The position numbers were made by a program, and so were the translations under genes. A DNA stretch of 64,000 nt from an uncultured virus (IMG/VR IMGVR_UViG_3300010391_000110) (Duplodnaviria; Heunggongvirae; Uroviricota; Caudoviricetes): the IMG/VR virus record IMGVR_UViG_3300010391_000110, one strand, 5' to 3'. Within the stretch, counting starts at the first letter, position 1; each line of letters begins with the position of its first letter. The notes beneath the pieces were generated by a model. It was not told where the DNA came from, ran no database searches, and saw nothing but the letters and a program-made list of their open reading frames with translations. Shown here in pieces: positions 46,180-54,026 of this stretch.

Positions 46180-47130
46180 TTGTCGCTGTCGATGCTCGCC
46201 CAGACCCAGAGGTCAGGCCTCGCCCCCGCAGGATCCGGCCGCACGGCCGTCCTGTCCCGGGCCGAAGCCGAGATGATGGTCCGCATCGTCAGGGCGGTCT
46301 CTGAATTCGCCACAGGCTTCCCGGTCGAGTTCCACGCGTACTGCCCGGTTGCCCGTTGGGAGCCCATCCTGGCGGCCGCCGCCCAGGCGGTCGGGCAGAT
46401 CGAGACCCAGCTTGCGTCGGCCGCCAAGACCATCGTCGTTCCGCTGGACCTCCTCATGTCCATCGTCGACCTCGAGGAGTGCGTGTCCGGCGCGCGTGAC
46501 GCGCGGCTTTCGAACGGGAAGGTGGCCCTCATCATCGCGACCGTCGGCGTTATCGGGCAGAGTTTTTTCGGGCTGACCTATCTGGCGACCCCGGCGTACA
46601 TCATCGCGCTGGCGATCTCGCTTGGTCGGCCGCTCCTCCAGCTCGTCAAAGGGGAGCCCGCGGCGCCCTTCGTCCCGGACACGGTTCCCGGCGCCAGGAT
46701 CACCGGGCTTTCCGGAGGCGGCTGCTCGCCGGCGCCGTCGCTCGGGCATCACACGAGCAAGGCCAAGGTGATCGAGCGCGTGATCGTCTCCCCGGAACGC
46801 CGCCTCCAGAGATTCCACTGGGGGAGCGTCACGCCGATGACCCTCTCCGGACAGGCCGGGACGTGCCTGGTCAAGGGCGAGTGGCGCGTCCGGGTCGAGG
46901 GCTGGGGCGACGACCGGATCACCCTCACCGACGGGTGGGAGTTCGCGCAGCGCGACCAGTGCTTCGACGCCAGGAATGAGATCTCCGTGCGCGAACCCTG
47001 CGGGGTTCCCGCGCGGGATACGGGATTCGGCGATATTCAGGTATACTCAGGGCATGAGAAGAGCATCTGGGCCGAGTACGTGGGCCCGTTCACCGAAGGC
47101 ACCTGCCGCGTGGCGGGGCCCTTCGGCTGA
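46180..47130 (+). CDS. Membrane protein with Cys-rich C-terminal domain; may extend through TGA to 47244
   Basis: SD AAGGAGG, TTG start; two TM helices. Confidence 0.65.
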   Translation: MSLSMLAQTQRSGLAPAGSGRTAVLSRAEAEMMVRIVRAVSEFATGFPVEFHAYCPVARWEPILAAAAQAVGQIETQLASAAKTIVVPLDLLMSIVDLEECVSGARDARLSNGKVALIIATVGVIGQSFFGLTYLATPAYIIALAISLGRPLLQLVKGEPAAPFVPDTVPGARITGLSGGGCSPAPSLGHHTSKAKVIERVIVSPERRLQRFHWGSVTPMTLSGQAGTCLVKGEWRVRVEGWGDDRITLTDGWEFAQRDQCFDARNEISVREPCGVPARDTGFGDIQVYSGHEKSIWAEYVGPFTEGTCRVAGPFG

Positions 47131-47240
47131 ACCGGCGACGCCCAGGAGCATGCCGTCATGGACGGCGGCATGAGCCTCCCCGGAGGGGACGGCGCGTATA
47201 TCCTGTACGACGCGGACGGCAACGTCGTCGAGGAGTCGCC

Positions 47241-47759
47241 ATGAAACGGAAGGACGCCCTAGCCGACAGGCTGATCGCCGGGACATCCGACGCGGCGCTG
47301 CGCCTCGCGTGGTGGCCCCGGCACAGCGCCATGGTCGGACTCTACATCGACAGCATGGACCAGGCCCAGCCCTTCAAGGGCCGCGACGTCATGTTCCACG
47401 CGGCCAAGTACTGGGACGCCCTCGTCCTGGACGCTTCCGGGCTGATGAGCGAGCACACGGCGCTCGAGATCGCCCTCGTCGATGCCGTGGCGGTCAAGGA
47501 CACGTCCGCCGTGGACCGCGTGAGCGAGCTGCTGAGCGCCAACATCCAGCAGCAGCAGGCCATGTACGTCGCCAGGATCCCGGAGTTCCCGGCCGGCCGA
47601 TTCTCGGAACTCATACGCGAACATGCGCGCCTCTTCTTCGAGACGCTGGCCAGCAAGACGGCCGGGGATGTCAGGAAGCGCTTGCTGTGCGATGCCAAAA
47701 GAGGGCACAATGCCGTATCTCTCGGGGCGTTTATGACCGAATGGGTGACGGGGAACTGA
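47241..47759 (+). CDS. Helical hypothetical protein
   Basis: SD GAGGAG; 172 aa. Confidence 0.65.
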   Translation: MKRKDALADRLIAGTSDAALRLAWWPRHSAMVGLYIDSMDQAQPFKGRDVMFHAAKYWDALVLDASGLMSEHTALEIALVDAVAVKDTSAVDRVSELLSANIQQQQAMYVARIPEFPAGRFSELIREHARLFFETLASKTAGDVRKRLLCDAKRGHNAVSLGAFMTEWVTGN

Positions 47760-48568
47760 TGGAGCACAACGCCGCGTGCCCGCCGAATGCGCCGGTCGCC
47801 CTCGCGGACGGCAAGCTCATCATGCCGGACGACCAGGTGACGCTGGCCGATCTCTGCGAGCTCATCCCGCTCATCCTGGAGACCATGGCCGCAGCGCAGG
47901 GCGGCGGAGGAGGGGGCGCGGGCCTTCTCGTGCCCGGCGCCCAGGTCCCGATCGCCGGCGCGCCCATGCTCGGACCTTTCGGGACGCCGGCGCTGCCTTC
48001 GAACACGAGCCCGTTCGGTCCCCCGAAAGGGAGCGCCATCGCCGCTTCCGGGGGCGGCGGAGGTTTCGGGGGCGGGGGCGGTGGAGGCGGCCGCGGCGCA
48101 CGCGGCCTGCAGGGGCCTGCCGGGCCGGCGGGCGCGCCCGGACCCGGCACGATCGTGCCCATGATCAAAACCGACGGGAACTTCACGGTCGCGTCCGTTT
48201 CTCCGTTCCTTCCCATCCCGGGCACCCAGAAGAAGATCACGCTCCTGGAGGCCGGGCCCGCCATCTTCCTGATTCAGGGGGTCTTCGGAGGCAACTCGAT
48301 AGCGGGCGTGTCGAACGGTCAGATCGGGCTCCGGGTGGACGGCACCGATTACCCGCTCACGGCGAACCTGATCCACACGTTCGTGGGTGGCGTCGGCGAG
48401 TTCCTCGCGTCGGCGACCGCGAACTTTCCGATCATGCTGGCCGCCGGAGAGCATGACGTGGAGCTCATCGTGCGCGGAGACTCGTCGCTCGGAGCGCCGA
48501 CCGGACTGCCCGTCGTGGTCCAGGCGACGCCGGCGATCCCGCTCGCGCTCACGATCATCCACAAGTAG
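47759..48568 (+). CDS. Protein with short collagen-like (GXY) stalk and C-terminal beta domain, candidate short spike
   Basis: TGATG overlap; GARGLQGPAGPAGAPGPG. Confidence 0.65.
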   Translation: MEHNAACPPNAPVALADGKLIMPDDQVTLADLCELIPLILETMAAAQGGGGGGAGLLVPGAQVPIAGAPMLGPFGTPALPSNTSPFGPPKGSAIAASGGGGGFGGGGGGGGRGARGLQGPAGPAGAPGPGTIVPMIKTDGNFTVASVSPFLPIPGTQKKITLLEAGPAIFLIQGVFGGNSIAGVSNGQIGLRVDGTDYPLTANLIHTFVGGVGEFLASATANFPIMLAAGEHDVELIVRGDSSLGAPTGLPVVVQATPAIPLALTIIHK

Positions 48569-48570
48569 GC

Positions 48571-49233
48571 ATGAACACCTGGACGCCCGCTCCCTACCGA
48601 GCGCGCCTGGGGCAGACGTCGTTCCAGAAGACGGCCCAAGCCATCGTCGAGGAGGCCGAACCCAAGCTGCGCCGGGTGATCGCCGACGAGCGGGGGCGCA
48701 TCGTGGACGCGGCTGATTCGGCACTGCCTTTTCTCGGCCTCTCCGCGGCCGCCTATCTCGGGACCGCCTACCTTGCCCCGGACGGCGTCATGAAGCCGGT
48801 CGGGTACGGTGCGTCCGCCGTTCTCCTGGCCGTCGGAATCTTGCGCGGCCTAGCGATGATGGACCAGGAGGAAGAGGCCGCTCCGGCCGCCCCGGAACCC
48901 AAGACGGGGCTCATCGGAGACGTGATCGGGACGCTCGTCGACCCCGCCAGCCGGAAGATGGCGACGGCGATCGTCGCGGAGGCCGTGCCCGCCGTCCAGG
49001 GGATCCTCGTCGACGAGCGCGCGTTGGTTGCCGACGCGGTCCAGACTGCGGTGCCTTTCATCGCAGTCGCTGTTGCAGTCTTCCTCGGAACGGCGTATCT
49101 TGTACCCGAGACGATGCCGATGGCGAAGATGGGCGGATACCTGGCGGCCGCCGGCGGGGGCCTGTTCGGCCTCTACCGCGGCGCCGAAAAGGTGCGCGGC
49201 GAATCGGCACCCCCACAGGAGGTGCGCGCGTGA
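48571..49233 (+). CDS. Leader-bearing four-TM protein with internal duplication
   Basis: MNTWTPAPYRARLGQ; AIV.EA.P....I..DER....DA...A.PF......LGTAYL.P repeated twice. Confidence 0.75.
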   Translation: MNTWTPAPYRARLGQTSFQKTAQAIVEEAEPKLRRVIADERGRIVDAADSALPFLGLSAAAYLGTAYLAPDGVMKPVGYGASAVLLAVGILRGLAMMDQEEEAAPAAPEPKTGLIGDVIGTLVDPASRKMATAIVAEAVPAVQGILVDERALVADAVQTAVPFIAVAVAVFLGTAYLVPETMPMAKMGGYLAAAGGGLFGLYRGAEKVRGESAPPQEVRA

Positions 49234-49490
49234 GATCCACGTTTTCCATGGCTCCATGCGCGCCGTCCGGGATGGGCGTGCGCCGCGCAACGCTCGGCCA
49301 GCAGTGACCTACTGACGGCGGAGGGGCCGTGTGCCCCACAGGTGACGTACCGCCGACCGGAGGCACGGTGCCGCCAACCGGAGGCACGGAGCCGACCGGA
49401 ACGCAGCCTTCGGCGCCGGCGGGAATCCCCGTCGTCCCGATCGCCATCGGCGTTGGCGCGATCGCGCTCCTGGCGGCCATCGCTTCTTGA
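49230..49490 (+). CDS. 86-aa TM-anchored protein with in-frame TGA (candidate selenoprotein; not in ORF track)
   Basis: SD AGGAGGT, GTGA overlap; ...RRATLGQQ*PTDGGGAVCPTGD...IPVVPIAIGVGAIALLAAIAS. Confidence 0.75.
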
Positions 49491-49504
49491 TCGGAGGTCG
49501 GTCC

Positions 49505-49876
49505 ATGGCGTCGCTGCGCAGATTCGAACCCGCTGGATACGGACCCGTTCACCTCGGCGTCGTTGAAGCCTGGTGGAGTTCGGGCGGCGTCGTAGCGATG
49601 GATCCAGGGCCGGCACTTGAGCCGCCCGTGCCCGTGGCGTATTCCCATGCTCCGTACCCGACGCGCGGCATCTCCCGCACTCCAGTCACCACGCGGCCGG
49701 TCTGCGCCTGCAAGTTCTTCGGCTTGGGGCAGGGCGGCTGCGCCACGCCGGTGGAGGGCGCTCCCGTAGTCGCGGGAGGCGGATCCGCCCCGGCATCGGG
49801 GCCGTCGACGCTGACCATTGTCGGCGGCGTCGGGGTCCTCGGGGTGCTTGGCCTGCTGGCGGCGGGCGTGATCTAG
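49505..49876 (+). CDS. Leader-bearing, C-terminally TM-anchored protein
   Basis: SD GGAGGT; CACKFFGLGQGGC; TM end. Confidence 0.7.
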   Translation: MASLRRFEPAGYGPVHLGVVEAWWSSGGVVAMDPGPALEPPVPVAYSHAPYPTRGISRTPVTTRPVCACKFFGLGQGGCATPVEGAPVVAGGGSAPASGPSTLTIVGGVGVLGVLGLLAAGVI

Positions 49877-49937
49877 CGGAACGTCTTGCATCCAAGGGCG
49901 GTCACGGTAGAATTGCTGAAGGTTGAGGGGAATGGAC

Positions 49938-50729
49938 ATGATGAGCCACCGAGGCCTGACCCCGATCGACCGCTCGATGAGCGGCCTCCGGAGTTCGGCC
50001 CTGGCCCCGCGGCTGAGCGCGTTCATGCCCCAGGTCCGTCTGGCCGGCGCGCGCGGCCCGGCGCCTTACCGGGCGCCTTACCGGGCGCCCTACCGGCCGC
50101 CGCTCTTGGCGTCGCCTTCCAGCCCGCGGATGGGCGTCAGCTGGTCGGATGTGCCCTCGACGATCGTCCTGGGGGCGGCCGGAATCGGATCGATGATCCT
50201 CTCCGGGATCATGCCCGACCCGTTCAAGACCATCGCCCAGGTCGCTGGCGTTGGACTCATCGCCGTCGGCATCCTCAACCTGATGACCGGCGCCGCGTCG
50301 GCTGCTGAGACCACCACGCCGAGTTCTCAGTTCACCGCGGCGGCGCCCGTCGAATTCCAGCAGGTGACCGCAAAGGTCATGAAGCCCGCCCGGGACGAAG
50401 AGGTCCATCGCGGCTACTTCAGCAGCGACTACGACGTCGAGGTGCTCTGGACAAATCCGTCGCCCAAGGATGTGACGATCCCTTACCAGGTCTACGTGGA
50501 GGAACTTCCGGAGGGCGGCTTCTTCCAGGACAAGTTCAGCGGCGTCGTCCACACGGGCGTCGTCCAGCTCGCGAAAAACGGGGGCACCAAGATCGTGCCC
50601 CTCGAGCTCGACCTCCAGCATCGCGGGCTGGGCGCGGCCCTCGTGACCGGAATCCGTCTTACCATTCGTAAGATCGCCTCGGACGGCCAGAGCTTCGACG
50701 CGACGTCAACTCGGTTCTTCGTGTACTAG
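49938..50729 (+). CDS. Leader + two TM + beta-sandwich protein (paralog 1)
   Basis: MPQVRLAG...PRMG leader; TTGCAT-N16-TAGAAT upstream; start uncertain. Confidence 0.7.
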   Translation: MMSHRGLTPIDRSMSGLRSSALAPRLSAFMPQVRLAGARGPAPYRAPYRAPYRPPLLASPSSPRMGVSWSDVPSTIVLGAAGIGSMILSGIMPDPFKTIAQVAGVGLIAVGILNLMTGAASAAETTTPSSQFTAAAPVEFQQVTAKVMKPARDEEVHRGYFSSDYDVEVLWTNPSPKDVTIPYQVYVEELPEGGFFQDKFSGVVHTGVVQLAKNGGTKIVPLELDLQHRGLGAALVTGIRLTIRKIASDGQSFDATSTRFFVY

Positions 50730-50739
50730 GAGGCGGCTT

Positions 50740-51501
50740 GTGCTGACGCAGGGGGCGGTTCGCATCTCGAGGCAGGGGTTCACTGCTCTCGGTATGTTGC
50801 CGCAGGCGCCTCCGCTCAGGCGCGCACCCAGGCCATATGTGCCCGCGTTCCGTCCCGCACCGCTCCGTCAACTCGGGCGTCCGAATCGCCTATCGATGGG
50901 GCAGACATTCAAGTTGGAAAACCTCCCTCGCGCCATCTCATTTGGCGTTCTCGGTGGAGCTTCGATCGTTCTGGGGACCACGCTTCCAGGAACAACTGGA
51001 ACCCTCGCAACGGCGATCGGCTTGGGCCTGGTCGGGTACGGCTTGTACAGCGCCTTCTCCGGTCCCGCCGCGCCGCCGAAGACCGAGGTCGAAGTGGACC
51101 GTCAGGCACTTCCGGAAGAGCAGACGAGAGAGAACGTGCGTGTCACCGCGGGGTTCACCTATCCTCCTAAGGACAGCATCATCAATCAGAGTCTACTGGG
51201 GCATTACCGCCTTGCGTTCTCGGTCATGAACCGCGGGGAGGTTCCGGTGGACGTGATCGCCATGGTCCGCGTAGAAGAATTCACGCGCATCACGAGAGAA
51301 AAAGGGGTTCAAGAGAAGACCTACGAAATCCGCGGGATCAAACCCGGAGCCCAGAGGGGGGTCGTAGACCCAGAGTTCCCCTCGAGTTTTATCACGGGCC
51401 GCCATGACGCGGTCGCGACCCTGTCCCTTCAGGTTGCCAACGACGATGCCGGCGCCCCGTACGGCTTCGCGGTATTATTCGCGATAGACCCGGGCGTGTA
51501 A
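50740..51501 (+). CDS. Leader + two TM + beta-sandwich protein (paralog 2)
   Basis: QGAVRISRQGF...FRPAP...SMGQ. Confidence 0.7.
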   Translation: MLTQGAVRISRQGFTALGMLPQAPPLRRAPRPYVPAFRPAPLRQLGRPNRLSMGQTFKLENLPRAISFGVLGGASIVLGTTLPGTTGTLATAIGLGLVGYGLYSAFSGPAAPPKTEVEVDRQALPEEQTRENVRVTAGFTYPPKDSIINQSLLGHYRLAFSVMNRGEVPVDVIAMVRVEEFTRITREKGVQEKTYEIRGIKPGAQRGVVDPEFPSSFITGRHDAVATLSLQVANDDAGAPYGFAVLFAIDPGV

Positions 51502-51512
51502 GGAGAATATCC

Positions 51513-52325
51513 GTGACGCAAATGCAAGGCGCGGTTCGCATCTCGAAGCAGGGATTCATGCCTTCGGGCGCGACTCCACGCCTGCGGCTGCTGGGGGACG
51601 CCCCCCGCCAGCACGCCCCCTTCCGTCCCGCTCCCCGCGCCTCCCTCGCCCAGATCGTCCAGGTGACGCCGCAGGTCGACGCGCCCATCAACATCAGCCT
51701 CGGATCGGCTCCGGTCGTCATCGGTGCGTTCGTGGGCGCCGGCGCCGCCGTCGCGATCGGCGCGGCCATCCCGGAGGCGCGCACGTTCACGACCTTGGCC
51801 GCGCTCGGCCTGGCCGGGTTCGGCGTCTACAACCTGCTCAAACGGAGTCCTCAGGGCGATGCGCCCATCGAGGGCGGCGGCGAGCTCCCGGGTTCCGTCT
51901 CGACGCCCGGCGGCGGCTCTGCCGCGAGCGCCCCCATCGCGGCCAGTTCCGAACAGCTCGTCGCCGGAATCTCCGGCCGCGTGATCAGCCCGGCCGAGTT
52001 CCAGACCGTGGATCTCTCCCCATTCACCTCCGGGGTTCCGATCCGCGTCCGCCTGAGCAATCCAGCCTCCCAAGGCGTCACCTTCGACCTCGTGCTTATC
52101 GTGAACGAGATCCCGGTCCCGTTCGAAGGCGGCGAGCAGACCAACTCGGTATCCTCCCGGGTGTCGCTCGGCGCCGGGGAGACGCGGGACGTCGACATCC
52201 CGATCAGCCTCGTCACCTGGGGCTGGAGCGCCAATCAGGTGGACGTCTACCTGACCGTTCAGAAGCGCACGATCGCCGGAGGGGCTCCGTCGCTCGTGGA
52301 CACCCGCCACTTCGTGGTGGATTAA
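51513..52325 (+). CDS. Leader + two TM + beta-sandwich protein (paralog 3)
   Basis: QGAVRISKQGF...FRPAP..SLAQ. Confidence 0.7.
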   Translation: MTQMQGAVRISKQGFMPSGATPRLRLLGDAPRQHAPFRPAPRASLAQIVQVTPQVDAPINISLGSAPVVIGAFVGAGAAVAIGAAIPEARTFTTLAALGLAGFGVYNLLKRSPQGDAPIEGGGELPGSVSTPGGGSAASAPIAASSEQLVAGISGRVISPAEFQTVDLSPFTSGVPIRVRLSNPASQGVTFDLVLIVNEIPVPFEGGEQTNSVSSRVSLGAGETRDVDIPISLVTWGWSANQVDVYLTVQKRTIAGGAPSLVDTRHFVVD

Positions 52326-52341
52326 GCCCCCCGCCAAGCCC

Positions 52342-52379
52342 TTGACTCGGCTGAGTATACTGAGTATAACAAGTATACT
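52342..52379 (+). promoter_or_regulatory. sigma70 promoter TTGACT-N17-TATAAC with three tandem AGTATA(C/A) operator half-sites
   Basis: CTGAGTATACTGAGTATAACAAGTATACT. Confidence 0.8.
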
Positions 52380-52402
52380 TGCGTAACCGAGGAGCTTGAC
52401 CA

Positions 52403-52636
52403 ATGCCGACTTCCCAGGCCTCCAGGCCGGTTTCCAGGAGAGCCGTTCCAGCCGTCAAGAAACGGCGGGAGACGCCGTACACCATGGACACCTGCGTGGT
52501 GCGGCTGACCCACGAGGTCAAGCAGCACATCATCTCCAAGGCCAGGTGGGGGGAGTCGATCGACCAGACCCTTCGCCGGCTGTTCGCCATGGATCAGTGG
52601 AACGGGAAGAAGGGACGGGTGGCCGGTGGAAAATAA
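52403..52636 (+). CDS. Ribbon-helix-helix DNA-binding protein
   Basis: TCVVRLTHEVKQHIISKARWGESIDQTLRRLF fits the RHH pattern; SD GAGGAG. Confidence 0.65.
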   Translation: MPTSQASRPVSRRAVPAVKKRRETPYTMDTCVVRLTHEVKQHIISKARWGESIDQTLRRLFAMDQWNGKKGRVAGGK

Positions 52637-53153
52637 AAAAGAAGCGATCGACTTCAAGGTCTGCGGCTTCGCGGCCCTGACGGCCGATGCGGTCGCACGG
52701 GTCGACATGACGCCGGTGCATCTCCTCAAGATCGGCTGGCCCAACCGATTCCTCATCCTCGAGGTCTACGAGGATGCCGCGCAGGGCAAGCTCCTCCGCC
52801 TCGATCCCTGCTGTGCCTGGATGCGGGACCCCCTTGACGACACCAAGGAGGCCTGCAAGGCCCACCCCGCCAAGCATTTTGAGTCCCTGGTCGGTCACAT
52901 CGCCGACCAGGCCGACGCCGAGGCCGAGGCCAAAGAGGGCAGCGGTGCCGTGGACGACAACGGCAAGGGGCACCGCTACAGCGGATTCGGGCGCTCGGAG
53001 GGAGGGGAAGACACCGTCGGCGTCGAGTTCGTCGAGGACGGCGACAAGCCGCCCTCCTTCTTCTTCCGGCGCGCGGGTGCGAGCCCCGTGGTCCTCCGCG
53101 GGGAGGCCGCCAACAAGATCAGGACAGTGCTGGGAAAACTGGGTATCCTGTAG
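52626..53153 (+). CDS. Hypothetical protein
   Basis: 175 aa. Confidence 0.6.
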   Translation: MENKKEAIDFKVCGFAALTADAVARVDMTPVHLLKIGWPNRFLILEVYEDAAQGKLLRLDPCCAWMRDPLDDTKEACKAHPAKHFESLVGHIADQADAEAEAKEGSGAVDDNGKGHRYSGFGRSEGGEDTVGVEFVEDGDKPPSFFFRRAGASPVVLRGEAANKIRTVLGKLGIL

Positions 53154-53169
53154 GCGCCCCGGAGGAGCC

Positions 53170-53613
53170 ATGTCTAAGCAGAAGCTCAAGATCCCGAACA
53201 TCCCCATCAAGACGCCGGTTCCGCCGAAGGACGCGTCCAAGGACCCGAATGCGAAGCACTACGCGGTGGTGCTTCGCGCGGGCGCGGGACACCAGCCCTT
53301 CACGTTTTCGATGGACAACGACCTGTCGGCGTGCGTGGCGGCGCTCTTCCTGGCGCAGCAGTACTTCCCGTACGTCCACACACTCGAGGTCTACCGGAAG
53401 GCGAGCGGGGATCCCAACGTGCTCTCCGACGTGGGCGAGGGGATCTGCAAGGTTCCGATGTCACAACTTCTCAAGTTCGCTTCGTCCTACATGGAGAAGC
53501 TGACCGGCGTGGAAGTCCCCTCGCTCGTCACGCCGATCAACCGTCCGGAGCTCGGCGCGGCGGACCTGGCCGCGCAAGCCAAGGACACGCCCCGCGGGGC
53601 GAAGAAGGGGTAG
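53170..53613 (+). CDS. Hypothetical protein
   Basis: SD GGAGGAG, ATG 53170. Confidence 0.65.
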   Translation: MSKQKLKIPNIPIKTPVPPKDASKDPNAKHYAVVLRAGAGHQPFTFSMDNDLSACVAALFLAQQYFPYVHTLEVYRKASGDPNVLSDVGEGICKVPMSQLLKFASSYMEKLTGVEVPSLVTPINRPELGAADLAAQAKDTPRGAKKG

Positions 53614-53684
53614 GAGGCGCTTATGATGGCAGGAAAGCCTTGGCGCAAATGGATGCTCCGGGCGACGGCCCATTGCAAAAGCGG

Positions 53685-54008
53685 ATGTTGACGGTGCTCG
53701 CTTTAGCGATCTTTGTTCTGGCGGTTTACGGTCTATCCAATGGCGCGACCGTGCTCAAGGCAAGGGTGGTGACGCGATTTCTGCTCGAAAGGATTCCGGT
53801 CGTGCGCGGCATCGCTCACTGCCCGGCGTGTTTCGCCTTCTGGGCGGCGCTGGCGGCCTCCATCTTCATCCTGTCCCCGTCGGCCAAGGTGATCGAGTCT
53901 CCGTGGGGAGCCAATCTGGCCGACGCCCTGATCGGGTCCGGCACCACCTGGCTTCTTCACGCCGCGCAGGAGCGACTGCTCCACGGCGTTCCGGAACTGA
54001 AAGACTAG
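53685..54008 (+). CDS. DUF1360-like membrane protein with CxxC
   Basis: TM helices with IAHCPACFAFW. Confidence 0.65.
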   Translation: MLTVLALAIFVLAVYGLSNGATVLKARVVTRFLLERIPVVRGIAHCPACFAFWAALAASIFILSPSAKVIESPWGANLADALIGSGTTWLLHAAQERLLHGVPELKD

Positions 54009-54026
54009 CTGTCGAGAGGTGAGGTC

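Noticed and set aside
46144..46180. TGA readthrough fusing 45733..46146 with 46180..47130 (same frame)
   Set aside because: The downstream gene has its own strong SD (AAGGAGG) at correct spacing, and no GUC-loop hairpin follows the TGA.
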